Assembly: GCA_038321985.1 (NCBI GenBank)
Contig: JBBQFN010000043.1
Location: 1 to 42,919, forward strand
Direction: 5' to 3'
From: Cyanophyceae cyanobacterium
GTDB taxonomy: Bacteria > Cyanobacteriota > Cyanobacteriia > Cyanobacteriales > Laspinemataceae
DNA: 42,919 nucleotides
The notes beneath the pieces were generated by a model. That model saw only the letters and a list, made by a program, of their open reading frames with translations. It made no database searches and was not told the DNA's origin. A program made the translations under genes and the position numbers. Of this stretch, positions 42,576 to 42,919 are shown piece by piece; the stretch's first letter is position 1; each line of letters starts with the position of its first letter.

Positions 42576-42919
42576 CGGTTTAGAGTTTAAATTGGCTGTG
42601 CCTAGCTTATCCCATAAGTAAGGATAATCTCGCCCTTTTACATGAGACCGGTTTGTAGGAAAAATCCGAGATTAGGGGGGGTAAACTGATTTTGGGATTG
42701 ACCCCGATGCACCCTTACTATACCGGGCATTTTAAATCGCTAAAACCTTATACATAAATAGGGCGATTTTACGTCTATCTGGCTCTTCAGACTTTTTGGT
42801 GATAAGTTTTTCTAATTAGTTACTGAGCGTTTAAATGTTTTTGAGTGGCTACCTCTCTAATTTATAATGACTATGATGAAAAAGCTGCTAAAAGACGTAA
42901 CCGAAAGTTGTCAAAATTT

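Overview
Chromosomal window from a cyanobacterium, probably a filamentous Oscillatoriales-type strain (psbA, ftrV, group 2 sigma factor, dense HIP1 GCGATCGC sites). Most of it is housekeeping: psbA 3' end, hpf/lrtA, lipB, a DevC/DevA-like ABC pair, sigB, comA, a cysteine desulfurase, a PfkB kinase, rplY, purA, add, a PAS/GAF histidine kinase, ftrV, a PP2C phosphatase, nfeD-SPFH, zur, purS-purQ and a TPR protein. Two accessory blocks stand out. (1) A translationally coupled m4C-type methyltransferase plus PD-(D/E)xK nuclease pair, a candidate Type II R-M system (14387-16326). (2) A ~3.5 kb island without an integrase (25503-29040), bracketed by a ~112-bp near-identical duplication of the 3' end of a GH10-like gene. 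It carries co-oriented conflict-type genes: a membrane-anchored NACHT-GUN4 protein, a DUF6883-DUF4926 toxin/immunity-like pair, and a HigBA relic. Family assignments come from recognising motifs by eye; no database searches were run.
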